A DNA stretch of 64,000 bases from Mantamonas sphyraenae STR306 (Eukaryota > Protista > CRuMs), in NCBI GenBank assembly GCA_026936335.1, contig JAPMXV010000054.1:62001-126000 (forward strand), written 5' to 3'. Of the stretch, positions 44,301 to 56,300 are shown in pieces. The first letter of the stretch is position 1. Every line of letters starts with the position of its first letter. The notes beneath the pieces are model-generated. The model saw only the letters and a program-made list of their open reading frames with translations. It had not been told where the DNA came from and ran no database searches. The translations under genes were made by a program, and so were the position numbers.

Positions 44301-47300
44301 GAGCATCCCGATGCGACTCGACTTGGCACCGCTGGTGCGATTGCTGCTGGTGTTGCACAGGGACACGGGGAAGACAACGGTCCTGGTTACATTCCACCAC
44401 GCTGTGCTTGACGGGTGGTCAAACGCTCTGCTGTTGCGGGAGATCAGTCTGCGATACATGGAGCAGTACGAAGGAAGCGTGGGTCGGGCCACAGCTATCG
44501 CAGGACACACCGACCAGTTAGAGTATGCATGGTGGCTGTGGAACTCGAGCAAGGGGGTGCGCGACGACACTTGCAGAACGGTTGAAGGGCGGCTCGGGTG
44601 GCAGTTTGGTGATGAACGAAGTGCAGCGCGAGCCGGCGGAGGAAGCACCGACGAAAGCCGTGGAGCGGATCACTGTGAAAGCACAGCTGCCTGCGGACGG
44701 GAACGAGGCACTGGCAGTGACAGTGAACACGCGAGTGCTTGCGGCATGGGCACTTGTGCTAAGCGAGCTGTGTGGACAACAACGAGTGACGGTTGGCATG
44801 ACACTGAGTGGCCGACCCGGAAGCGTGGAGTCGACATCAAGGCTGATTGGATTGTATGTGTGCACACTGCCACTGTGTGTGGACGTGGAACTGGGACTGG
44901 GGCTAGATGGTTACCTGGAGCGGGTGATGCGAGAACAGCAGCGCTTGCAAGAGTTCCAACACTGTGGGTTGCCGGAAGTTGCAGGGTGGTGTGGATACGG
45001 GCAGGCTGGAGAAATGTTCGACAGCGTTTCTGTGTTTGAGAACTACCCTGGGATGGATGGAGAAGGTGGGGTTGGAGAGACACTCACGGAAGAGAGTGTG
45101 CGACAACCGTTCCGTGTTCACAGTGCGACGAGTGAGGAAGTGACGAACTATCCGTGCTGCTGGCATCGACTGTGGACAAGAGACGTGGCGTGGTGGAAGT
45201 GCACATGGAGTTTTCGAATGCAGGGGGAGGCATGGCACGTGCCGTGCGCGAACGGTTGGCGGAGCAACTGGAGGGGTACCTGCGTGTGCTGTGCAGGGTG
45301 AAGAAGGGGAAACCACAGACACAAGTGGGCCGCGTGGTGGGAAAGGGATGGACACGATCAGTTGGGATGGACGGAGTGACACGTGCACGTTCAGCGTTGT
45401 CAGGGCTGGGCGGGAGGACAGGAGAGGTGACTTTGCACGTGTGCAGCGTGAGCAAGGGTGAAGTACATCTGAGCCGTGGGATGGTGTACGCGATGGGGAG
45501 GCAGGTGGCAGCGGAGCTGACAAGCATGACAGTTGGGGCAGGACCTGGTACGGTGGTGGGAGTGTGTCTGGAAGCACAGAGTGTGTACACAGTGGCATGC
45601 TGTCTGGGAGTGTGGATGTGTGGAGCAGCAGTGCTGTGTATGGAACCGCGGAACCCGGACTCGAAGCTGGAGGCACTTGCGTTGGAGGCGCAGCCGTGTG
45701 CTGTGATCACGACGCCGGAGCTGGCGGATGCACGGAACTTGGGCAGGTTGTGCGGCAACAGGATTGTGTGTGTGGCAACCGAAGGAGTCCAGGTAGCACG
45801 CAGGGGAGTTGGTGGCAGCTGGGATGGTGAACGACCATGTGTGCGTGTGTGTGGTGGTTTGGTGGCGTATGTGATTGCGACGAGCGGAACGACGGCCGGC
45901 AGAAGCAAGCTTGTGCCTGTGACACACCGGGCGTGGATGAATACGTGCATGGACAGTCAAGTCGGTGTGTGGCTGGTGTAATGGTCAGCGATGTTGACAG
46001 CGGAGTAAGGTGTGTACCAGTTTGCATCTTTGCAGTTTGATGCCAGCATGTACGAGATTGGCTGTGCTCTTGCACGAGGAAGTAACCATGGGCATTTTGT
46101 GCACCAGCGCGATGGAGAAGGACTTTTGGGTGGAATGTCGCTGCTGGACGAAAGGTGCACGTTGGCATTGATACCTCCTGTGGTGTTGACCCTGGGATGT
46201 AGGGCGCGCTTGCTTGATGAAGAAGTGGTCGTGGACACACTGGTGACGGGTGGCGAAGCATGCAGTGCAGCAGTCGTGAACGAGTGGACCCGTGTGTGTG
46301 GGAGAATGATCCATGCGTACGGGCCGTCGGAGGACGCAATTGTGTCAAGCGCACTGATGGTGGAAAGCTCTGGTGTGAAAGAGGCACCAGGATTGGCAGT
46401 GCACTTGACGGGAAGACAGCGTTGGTTCTGGACGGACTGATGCGCCCTCGACCGACGACAGGGGTAGGCCTGCTGCACATGACGGGAGTGGGGATCGCTC
46501 ACGGATACATGGGGCGGCCACGACTGACGGCAGAACGGTTCCTGCCGTTTGATGACGGCCTGGTGCTGTACAACACAGGAGATCTTGTGCGTGTACACTC
46601 TGCCGGGACGATGGAGTTTGTGGGGAGAAAGGACTTTCAGCTGAAGGTGCGCGGACACCGAGTGGAAGCACAGGCGGTGGAGGGTGTGCTGGAAACCCAC
46701 GAGCGTGTGGCACAAGCAGTGGTCCGGAAGCATGGCACGGGTCTAGTTGGATACGTTGCGTGTGTTGGGGGCGTGGACGCAAGCATGGAGATGTTGCAAG
46801 CAAGCCTGTACGAGCAACTGCGAACCGCATTGCCGCCGTATGCGGTTCCGACCAGCGTGGTTGCACTGGACGCGATGCCAACAACGCTGAACGGTAAGAT
46901 CGACCTGCGTCGTCTTCCGAACCCAGGGGACACGGGTGTGCAGCTGGTGCGAAGCGAGTATGCGGCGGCCGAGAGCGAGATGGAAGTAACGGTGGCGAAA
47001 GCATTTGGTGCTGTACTTGGGGTGGATGAGGTTGGGCTGGACGACAGCTTCTTCACGCTAGGCGGTGACAGCATTCTGAGTATGCAAGTGGTGCAGAGAC
47101 TGCAACGCGAGGGGCTGCGTGTGACAAGCAGTCAGGTGTATGAGCTGCAGACGGTGCGTGCGCTGGCTAATGCCCTTCAAGACGATGCGAACACACAGCA
47201 GGGTTCACACGAGGATGTTGCAGTGGCAGCTGTGACGCAGTATGACGTGCACGAATGTGACGGAGAGGCACTGAGCAGACTGTACGAAGAAGCACGGCGC

Positions 47301-50300
47301 GGGGTGGTTGGCGCAACGAAGGAGATTGTGATGTGTGGATTGGGCACGGGGTATGTGGACCTTGGGAAGCGTCTGCTGTGTTGTGGAGACGCTGGGTGAT
47401 GTGTGCATGTGGAAACGGGCGTGTGACGATGTCCTACCGCGCAGAAGCTGTGGAATCTCCGCTGGAAGTGATGCGGGGTGTGCTTGTGGGACTGGGACGA
47501 GAGGCTGTGATGCCGATGTCGTCGATGCAGCAAGGGATGGTGTTTCACTCGCTGCACAGCAGTGGTTCTGGGAAGCGGGTCGAGGAAGAACCTGCTGGTA
47601 CCCCGAGTGCTACGTGGTCTACAGCCATGTTGGGCAACGTGGTGGATGGCCGAGCAGAGTACGTCGAACACGGATTGCTGGAGATGGACAACCTGGACCG
47701 TGCACATGCGTACGCAGAGGCATGGGCAGGCGCTTGTTCATCGCATGCCATGCTGCATGCAAGTGTGGAGTGGCCGTTCATGCGGATCGAGCGTCAGAGC
47801 ACACTGAGAGTGGACTACGTGCGCGCTGACGGCTCCGATGTGATGAGGACGGTTGAAGCACACAAGAGCATCCCGATGCGACTCGACTTGGCACCGCTGG
47901 TGCGATTGCTGCTGGTGTTGCACAGGGACACGGGGAAGACAACGGTCCTGGTTACATTCCACCACGCTGTGCTTGACGGGTGGTCAAACGCTCTGCTGTT
48001 GCGGGAGATCAGTCTGCGATACATGGAGCAGTACGAAGGAAGCGTGGGTCGGGCCACAGCTATCGCAGGACACACCGACCAGTTAGAGTATGCATGGTGG
48101 CTGTGGAACTCGAGCAAGGGGGATGCGCGACGACACTTTGCAGAACGGTTGAAGGGCGGCCCGGGTGGCAGTTTGGTGATGAACGAAGTGCAGCGCGAGC
48201 CGGCGGAGGAAGCACCGACGAAAGCCGTGGAGCGGATCACTGTGAAAGCACAGCTGCCTGCGGACGGGAACGAGGCACTGGCAGTGACAGTGAACACGCG
48301 AGTGCTTGCGGCATGGGCACTTGTGCTAAGCGAGCTGTGTGGACAACAACGAGTGACGGTTGGCATGACACTGAGTGGCCGACCCGGAAGCGTGGAGTCG
48401 ACATCAAGGCTGGTTGGATTGTATGTGTGCACACTGCCACTGTGTGTGGACGTGGAACTGGGACTGGGGCTAGATGGTTACCTGGAGCGGGTGATGCGAG
48501 AACAGCAGCGCTTGCAAGAGTTCCAACACTGTGGGTTGCCGGAAGTTGCAGGGTGGTGTGGATACGGGCAGGCTGGAGAAATGTTCGACAGCGTTTCTGT
48601 GTTTGAGAACTACCCTGGGATGGATGGAGAAGGTGGGGTTGGAGAGACACTCACGGAAGAGAGTGTGCGACAACCGTTCCGTGTTCACAGTGCGACGAGT
48701 GAGGAAGTGACGAACTATCCCGTGCTGCTGGCATCGACTGTGGACAAGAGACGTGGCGTGGTGGAAGTGCACATGGAGTTTTCGAATGCAGGGGGAGGCA
48801 TGGCACGTGCCGTGCGCGAACGGTTGGCGGAGCAACTGGAGGGGTACCTGCGTGTGCTGTGCAGGGTGAAGAAGGGGAAACCACAGACACAAGTGGGCCG
48901 CGTGGTGGGAAAGGGATGGACACGATCAGTTGGGATGGACGGAGTGACACGTGCACGTTCAGCGTTGTCAGGGCTGGGCGGGAGGACAGGAGAGGTGACT
49001 TTGCACGTGTGCAGCGTGAGCAAGGGTGAAGTACATCTGAGCCGTGGGATGGTGTACGCGATGGGGAGGCAGGTGGCAGCGGAGCTGACAAGCATGACAG
49101 TTGGGGCAGGACCTGGTACGGTGGTGGGAGTGTGTCTGGAAGCACAGAGTGTGTACACAGTGGCATGCTGTCTGGGAGTGTGGATGTGTGGAGCAGCAGT
49201 GCTGTGTATGGAACCGCGGAACCCGGACTCGAAGCTGGAGGCACTTGCGTTGGAGGCGCAGCCGTGTGCTGTGATCACGACGCCGGAGCTGGCGGATGCA
49301 CGGAACTTGGGCAGGTTGTGCGGCAACAGGATTGTGTGTGTGGCAACCGAAGGAGTCCAGGTAGCACGCGGGGGAGTTGGTGGCAGCTGGGATGGTGAAC
49401 GACCATGTGTGCGTGTGTGTGGTGGTTTGGTGGCGTATGTGATTGCGACGAGCGGAACGACGGCCGGCAGAAGCAAGCTTGTGCCTGTGACACACCGGGC
49501 GTGGATGAATACGTGCATGGACAGTCAAGTCGGTGTGGCTGGTGTAATGGTCAGCGATGTTGACAGCGGAGCAAGGGTGTACCAGTTTGCATCTTTGCAG
49601 TTTGATGCCAGCATGTACGAGATTGGCTGTGCTCTTGCACGAGGAAGTAACCATGGGCATTTGGTGCACCAGCGCGATGGGGAAGGACTTTTGGGTGGAA
49701 TGTCGCTGCTGGACGAAAGGTGCACGTTGGCATTGATACCTCCTGTGGTGTTGACCCTGGGATGTAGGGCGCGCTTGCTTGATGAAGAAGTGGTCGTGGA
49801 CACACTGGTGACGGGTGGCGAAGCATGCAGTGCAGCAGTCGTGAACGAGTGGACCCGTGTGTGTTGGAGAATGATCCATGCGTACGGGCCGTCGGAGGAC
49901 GCAATTGTGTCAAGCGCACTGATGGTGGAAAGCTCTGGTGTGAAAGAGGCACCAGGGATTGGCAGTGCACTTGACGGGAAGACAGCGTTGGTTCTGGACG
50001 GGCTGATGCGCCCTCGACCGACGACAGGGGTAGGCCTGCTGCACATGACGGGAGTGGGGATCGCTCACGGATACATGGGGCGGCCACGACTGACGGCAGA
50101 ACGGTTCCTGCCGTTTGATGACGGCCTGGTGCTGTACAACACAGGAGATCTTGTGCGTGTACACGCTTCCGGGACGATGGAGTTTGTGGGGAGAAAGGAC
50201 TTTCAGTTGAAGGTGCGCGGACACCGAGTGGAAGCACAGGCGGTGGAGGGTGTGCTGGAAACCCACGAGCGTGTGGCACAAGCAGTGGTCCGGAAGCATG

Positions 50301-53300
50301 GCACGGGTCTAGTTGGATACGTTGCGTGTGTTGGGGGCGTGGACGCAAGCATGGAGATGTTGCAAGCAAGCCTGTACGAACAACTGCGAAGCGCACTGCC
50401 GCCGTATGCGGTTCCGACCAGCGTGGTTGCACTGGACGCGATGCCAACAACGCTGAACGGTAAGATCGACCTGCGTCGTCTTCCGAACCCAGGGGACACG
50501 GGTGTGCAGCTGGTGCGAAGCGAGTATGCGGCGGCCGAGAGCGAGATGGAAGTAACGGTGGCGAAAGCATTTGGTGCTGTACTTGGGGTGGATGAGGTTG
50601 GGCTGGACGACAGCTTCTTCACGCTAGGCGGTGACAGCATTCTGAGTATGCAAGTGGTGCAGAGACTGCAACGCGAGGGGCTGCGTGTGACAAGCAGTCA
50701 GGTGTATGAGCTGCAGACGGTGCGTGCGCTGGCTAATGCCCTTCAAGACGATGCGAACACACAGCAGGGTTCACACGAGGATGTTGCAGTGGCAGCTGTG
50801 ACGCAGTATGACGTGCACGAATGTGACGGAGAGGCACTGAGCAGACTGTACGAAGAAGCACGGCGCGGGGTGGTTGGCGCAACGAAGGAGATTGTGATGT
50901 GTGGATTGGGCACGGGGTATGTGGACCTTGGGAAGCGCCTGCTGTGTTGTGGAGACGCTTGGGTGATGTGTGCATGTGGAGACGGGCGTGTGACGATGTC
51001 CTACCGCGCAGAAGCTGTGGAATCTCCGCTGGAAGTGATGCGGGGTGTGCTTGTGGGACTGGGACGAGAGGCTGTGATGCCGATGTCGTCGATGCAGCAA
51101 GGGATGGTGTTTCACTCGCTGCACAGCAGTGGTTCTGGGAAGCGGGTCGAGGAAGAACCTGCTGGTACCCCGAGTGCTACGTGGTCTACAGCCATGTTGG
51201 GCAACGTGGTGGATGGCCGAGCAGAGTACGTCGAACATGGATTGCTGGAGATGGACAACCTGGACCGTGCACATGCGTACGCAGAGGCATGGGCGTGCGC
51301 TTGTTCATCGCATGCCATGCTGCATGCAAGTGTGGAGTGGCCGTTCATGCGGATCGAGCGTCAGAGCACACTGAGAGTGGACTACGTGCGTGCTGACGGC
51401 TCCGATGTGATGAGGACGGTTGAAGCACACAAGAGCATCCCGATGCGACTCGACTTGGCACCGCTGGTGCGATTGCTGCTGGTGTTGCACAGGGACACGG
51501 GGAAGACTACGGGTACTGGTTACATTCCACCACGCTGTGCTTGACGGGTGGTCAAACGCGCTGCTGTTGCGGGAGATCAGTCTGCGATACATGGAGCAGT
51601 ACGAAGGAAGCGTGGGTCGGGCCACAGCTATCGCAGGACACACCGACCAGTTAGAGTATGCATGGTGGCTGTGGAACTCGAGCAAGGGGGATGCGCGACG
51701 ACACTTTGCAGAACGGTTGAAGGGCGGCTCGGGTGGCAGTTTGGTGATGAACGAAGTGCAGCGCGAGCCGGTGGAGGAAGCACCGACGAAAGCCGTGGAG
51801 CGGATCACTGTGAAAGCACAGCTGCCTGCGGACGGGAACGAGGCACTGGCAGTGACAGTGAACACGCGAGTGCTTGCGGCATGGGCACTTGTGCTAAGCG
51901 AGCTGTGTGGACAACAACGAGTGACGGTTGGCATGACACTGAGTGGCCGACCCGGAAGCGTGGAGTCGACATCAAGGCTGATTGGATTGTATGTGTGCAC
52001 ACTGCCACTGTGTGTGGACGTGGAACTGGGACTGGGGCTAGATGGTTACCTGGAGCGGGTGATGCGAGAACAGCAGCGCTTGCAAGAGTTCCAACACTGT
52101 GGGTTGCCGGAAGTTGCAGGGTGGTGTGGATACGGGCAGGCTGGAGAAATGTTCGACAGCGTTTCTGTGTTTGAGAACTACCCTGGGATGGATGGAGAAG
52201 GTGGGGTTGGAGAGACACTCACGGAAGAGAGTGTGCGACAACCGTTCCGTGTTCACAGTGCGACGAGTGAGGAAGTGACGAACTATCCCGTGCTGCTGGC
52301 ATCGACTGTGGACAAGAGACGTGGCGTGGTGGAAGTGCACATGGAGTTTTCGAATGCAGGGGGAGGCATGGCACGTGCCGTGCGCGAACGGTTGGCGGAG
52401 CAACTGGAGGGGTACCTGCGTGTGCTGTGCAGGGTGAAGAAGGGGATGCCACAGACACAAGTGGGCCGCGTGGTGGGAAAGGGATGGACACGATCAGTTG
52501 GGATGGACGGAGTGACACGTGCACGTTCAGCGTTGTCAGGGCTGGGCGGGAGGACAGGAGAGGTGACTTTGCACGTGTGCAGCGTGAGCAAGGGTGAAGT
52601 ACATCTGAGCCGTGGGATGGTGTACGCGATGGGGAGGCAGGTGGCAACGGAGCTGACAAGCATGACAGTTGGGGCAGGACCTGGTACGGTGGTGGGAGTG
52701 TGTCTGGAAGCACAGAGTGTGTACACAGTGGCATGCTGTCTGGGAGTGTGGATGTGTGGAGCAGCAGTGTTGTGCATGGAACCGCGTAACCCGGACTCGA
52801 AGCTGGAGGCACTTGCGTTGGAGGCGCAGCCGTGTGCTGTGATCACGACGCCGGAGCTGGCGGATGCACGGAACTTGGGCAGGTTGTGCGGCAACAGGAT
52901 TGTGTGTGTGGCAACCGAAGGAGTCCAGGTAGCACGCGGGGGAGTTGGTGGCAGCTGGGATGGTGTGAACGACCATGTGTGCGTGTGTGTGGTGGTTTGG
53001 TGGCGTATGTGATTGCGACGAGCGGAACGACGGCCGGCAGAAGCAAGCTTGTGCCTGTGACACACCGGGCATGGATGAATACGTGCTTCGCAGTCAAGTC
53101 GAAGTGGCTTGTCCACGTCAACACGTGTCGAGCAAATGTTTTGCTCTTTGCAGTTTGACGCCAGCATGTACGAGACTGGGATGTGGGGCTTGCATTGGAA
53201 GCAACCAAGTGGTATTTGGTGCATTTGAACGATGGCTTGGAAGGACTTTTGGAGAGCTCGTGCGTTCGAAAGGTTGCGTCCGTACCACCTGTGCTGTTGG

Positions 53301-56300
53301 CGAGGCACGTAGTACGCGGATCTGCTCGGTTGAAGAACTGGTCGTGGTACACTGGTGACGGGTGGCTAGCATGCAGTGCAGCTGTCGTGAACGATGGACC
53401 CGGCTCCTTGGAGACATGATCCATGCGTACGGGCCGTCGGAAGACGCGATTGTGTCAAGCGCACTGACTGGTGAAAGCTCTGGTGTGAATGAGGCACCAA
53501 GCATTCGCAGTGCACTTGACGGGAAGACAGCGTTGGTTCTGGACGGGCTGATGCGCCCTCGACCGACGACAGGGGTAGGCCTGCTGCACATGACGGGAGT
53601 GGGGATCGCTCACGGATACATGGGGCGGCCACGACTGACGGCAGAACGGTTCCTGCCGTTTGATGACGGCCTGGTGCTGTACAACACAGGAGATCTTGTG
53701 CGTGTACACGCTTCCGGGACGATGGAGTTTGTGGGGAGAAAGGACTTTCAGCTGAAGGTGCGCGGACACCGAGTGGAAGCACAGGCGGTGGAGGGTGTGC
53801 TGGAAACCCACGAGCGTGTGGCACAAGCAGTGGTCCGGAAGCATGGCACGGGTCTAGTTGGATACGTTGCGTGTGTTGGGGGCGTGGACGCAAGCATGGA
53901 GATGTTGCAAGCAAGCCTGTACGAGCAACTGCGAAGCGCATTGCCGCCGTATGCGGTTCCGACCAGCGTGGTTGCACTGGACGCGATGCCAACAACGCTG
54001 AACGGTAAGATCGACCTGCGTCGTCTTCCGAACCCAGGGGACACGGGTGTGCAGCTGGTGCGAAGCGAGTATGCGGCGGCCGAGAGCGAGATGGAAGTAA
54101 CGGTGGCGAAAGCATTTGGTGCTGTACTTGGGGTGGATGAGGTTGGGCTGGACGACAGCTTCTTCACGCTAGGTGGTGACAGCATTCTGAGTATGCAAGT
54201 GGTGCAGAGACTGCAACGCGAGGGGCTGCGTGTGACAAGCAGTCAGGTGTATGAGCTGCAGACGGTGCGTGCGCTGGCTAATGCCCTTCAAGACGATGCG
54301 AACACACAGCAGGGTTCACACGAGGATGTTGCAGTGGCAGCTGTGACGCAGTATGACGTGCACGAATGTGACGGAGAGGCACTGAGCAGACTGTACGAAG
54401 AAGCACGGCGCGGGGTGGTTGGCGCAACGAAGGAGATTGTGATGTGTGGATTGGGCACGGGGTATGTGGACCTTGGGAAGCGCCTGCTGTGTTGTGGAGA
54501 CGCTTGGGTGATGTGTGCATGTGGAGACGGGCGTGTGACGATGTCCTACCGCGCAGAAGCTGTGGAATCTCCGCTGGAAGTGATGCGGGGTGTGCTTGTG
54601 GGACTGGGACGAGAGGCTGTGATGCCGATGTCGTCGATGCAGCAAGGGATGGTGTTTCACTCGCTGCACAGCAGTGGTTCTGGGAAGCGGGTCGAGGAAG
54701 AACCTGCTGGTACCCCGAGTGCTACGTGGTCTACAGCCATGTTGGGCAACGTGGTGGATGGCCGAGCAGAGTACGTCGAACATGGATTGCTGGAGATGGA
54801 CAACCTGGACCGTGCACATGCGTACGCAGAGGCATGGGCGTGCGCTTGTTCATCGCATGCCATGCTGCATGCAAGTGTGGAGTGGCCGTTCATGCGGATC
54901 GAGCGTCAGAGCACACTGAGAGTGGACTACGTGCGTGCTGACGGCTCCGATGTGATGAGGACGGTTGAAGCACACAAGAGCATCCCAATGCGACTCGACT
55001 TGGCACCGCTGGTGCGATTGCTGCTGGTGTTGCACAGGGACACGGGGAAGACTACGGTACTGGTTACATTCCACCACGCTGTGCTTGACGGGTGGTCAAA
55101 CGCTCTGCTGTTGCGGGAGATCAGTCTGCGATACATGGAGCAGTACGAAGGAAGCGTGGGTCGGGCCACAGCTATCGCAGGACACACCGACCAGTTAGAG
55201 TATGCATGGTGGCTGTGGAACTCGAGCAAGGGGGATGCGCGACGACACTTTGCAGAACGGTTGAAGGGCGGCTCGGGTGGCAGTTTGGTGATGAACGAAG
55301 TGCAGCGCGAGCCGGTGGAGGAAGCACCGACGAAAGCCGTGGAGCGGATCACTGTGAAAGCACAGCTGCCTGCGGACGGGAACGAGGCACTGGCAGTGAC
55401 AGTGAACACGCGAGTGCTTGCGGCATGGGCACTTGTGCTAAGCGAGCTGTGTGGACAACAACGAGTGACGGTTGGCATGACACTGAGTGGCCGACCCGGA
55501 AGCGTGGAGTCGACATCAAGGCTGATTGGATTGTATGTGTGCACACTGCCACTGTGTGTGGACGTGGAACTGGGACTGGGGCTAGATGGTTACCTGGAGC
55601 GGGTGATGCGAGAACAGCAGCGCTTGCAAGAGTTCCAACACTGTGGGTTGCCGGAAGTTGCAGGGTGGTGTGGATACGGGCAGGCTGGAGAAATGTTCGA
55701 CAGCGTTTCTGTGTTTGAGAACTACCCCGGAATGGATGGAGAAGGTGGGGTTGGAGAGACACTCACGGAAGAGAGTGTGCGACAACCGTTCCGTGTTCAC
55801 AGTGCGACGAGTGAGGAAGTGACGAACTATCCCGTGCTGCTGGCATCGACTGTGGACAAGAGACGTGGCGTGGTGGAAGTGCACATGGAGTTTTCGAATG
55901 CAGGGGGAGGCATGGCACGTGCCGTGCGCGAACGGTTGGCGGAGCAACTGGAGGGGTACCTGCGTGTGCTGTGCAGGGTGAAGAAGGGGATGCCACAGAC
56001 ACAAGTGGGCCGCGTGGTGGGAAAGGGATGGACACGATCAGTTGGGATGGACGGAGTGACACGTGCACGTTCAGCGTTGTCAGGGCTGGGCGGGAGGACA
56101 GGAGAGGTGACTTTGCACGTGTGCAGCGTGAGCAAGGGTGAAGTACATCTGAGCCGTGGGATGGTGTACGCGATGGGGAGGCAGGTGGCAACGGAGCTGA
56201 CAAGCATGACAGTTGGGGCAGGACCTGGTACGGTGGTGGGAGTGTGTCTGGAAGCACAGAGTGTGTACACAGTGGCATGCTGTCTGGGAGTGTGGATGTG

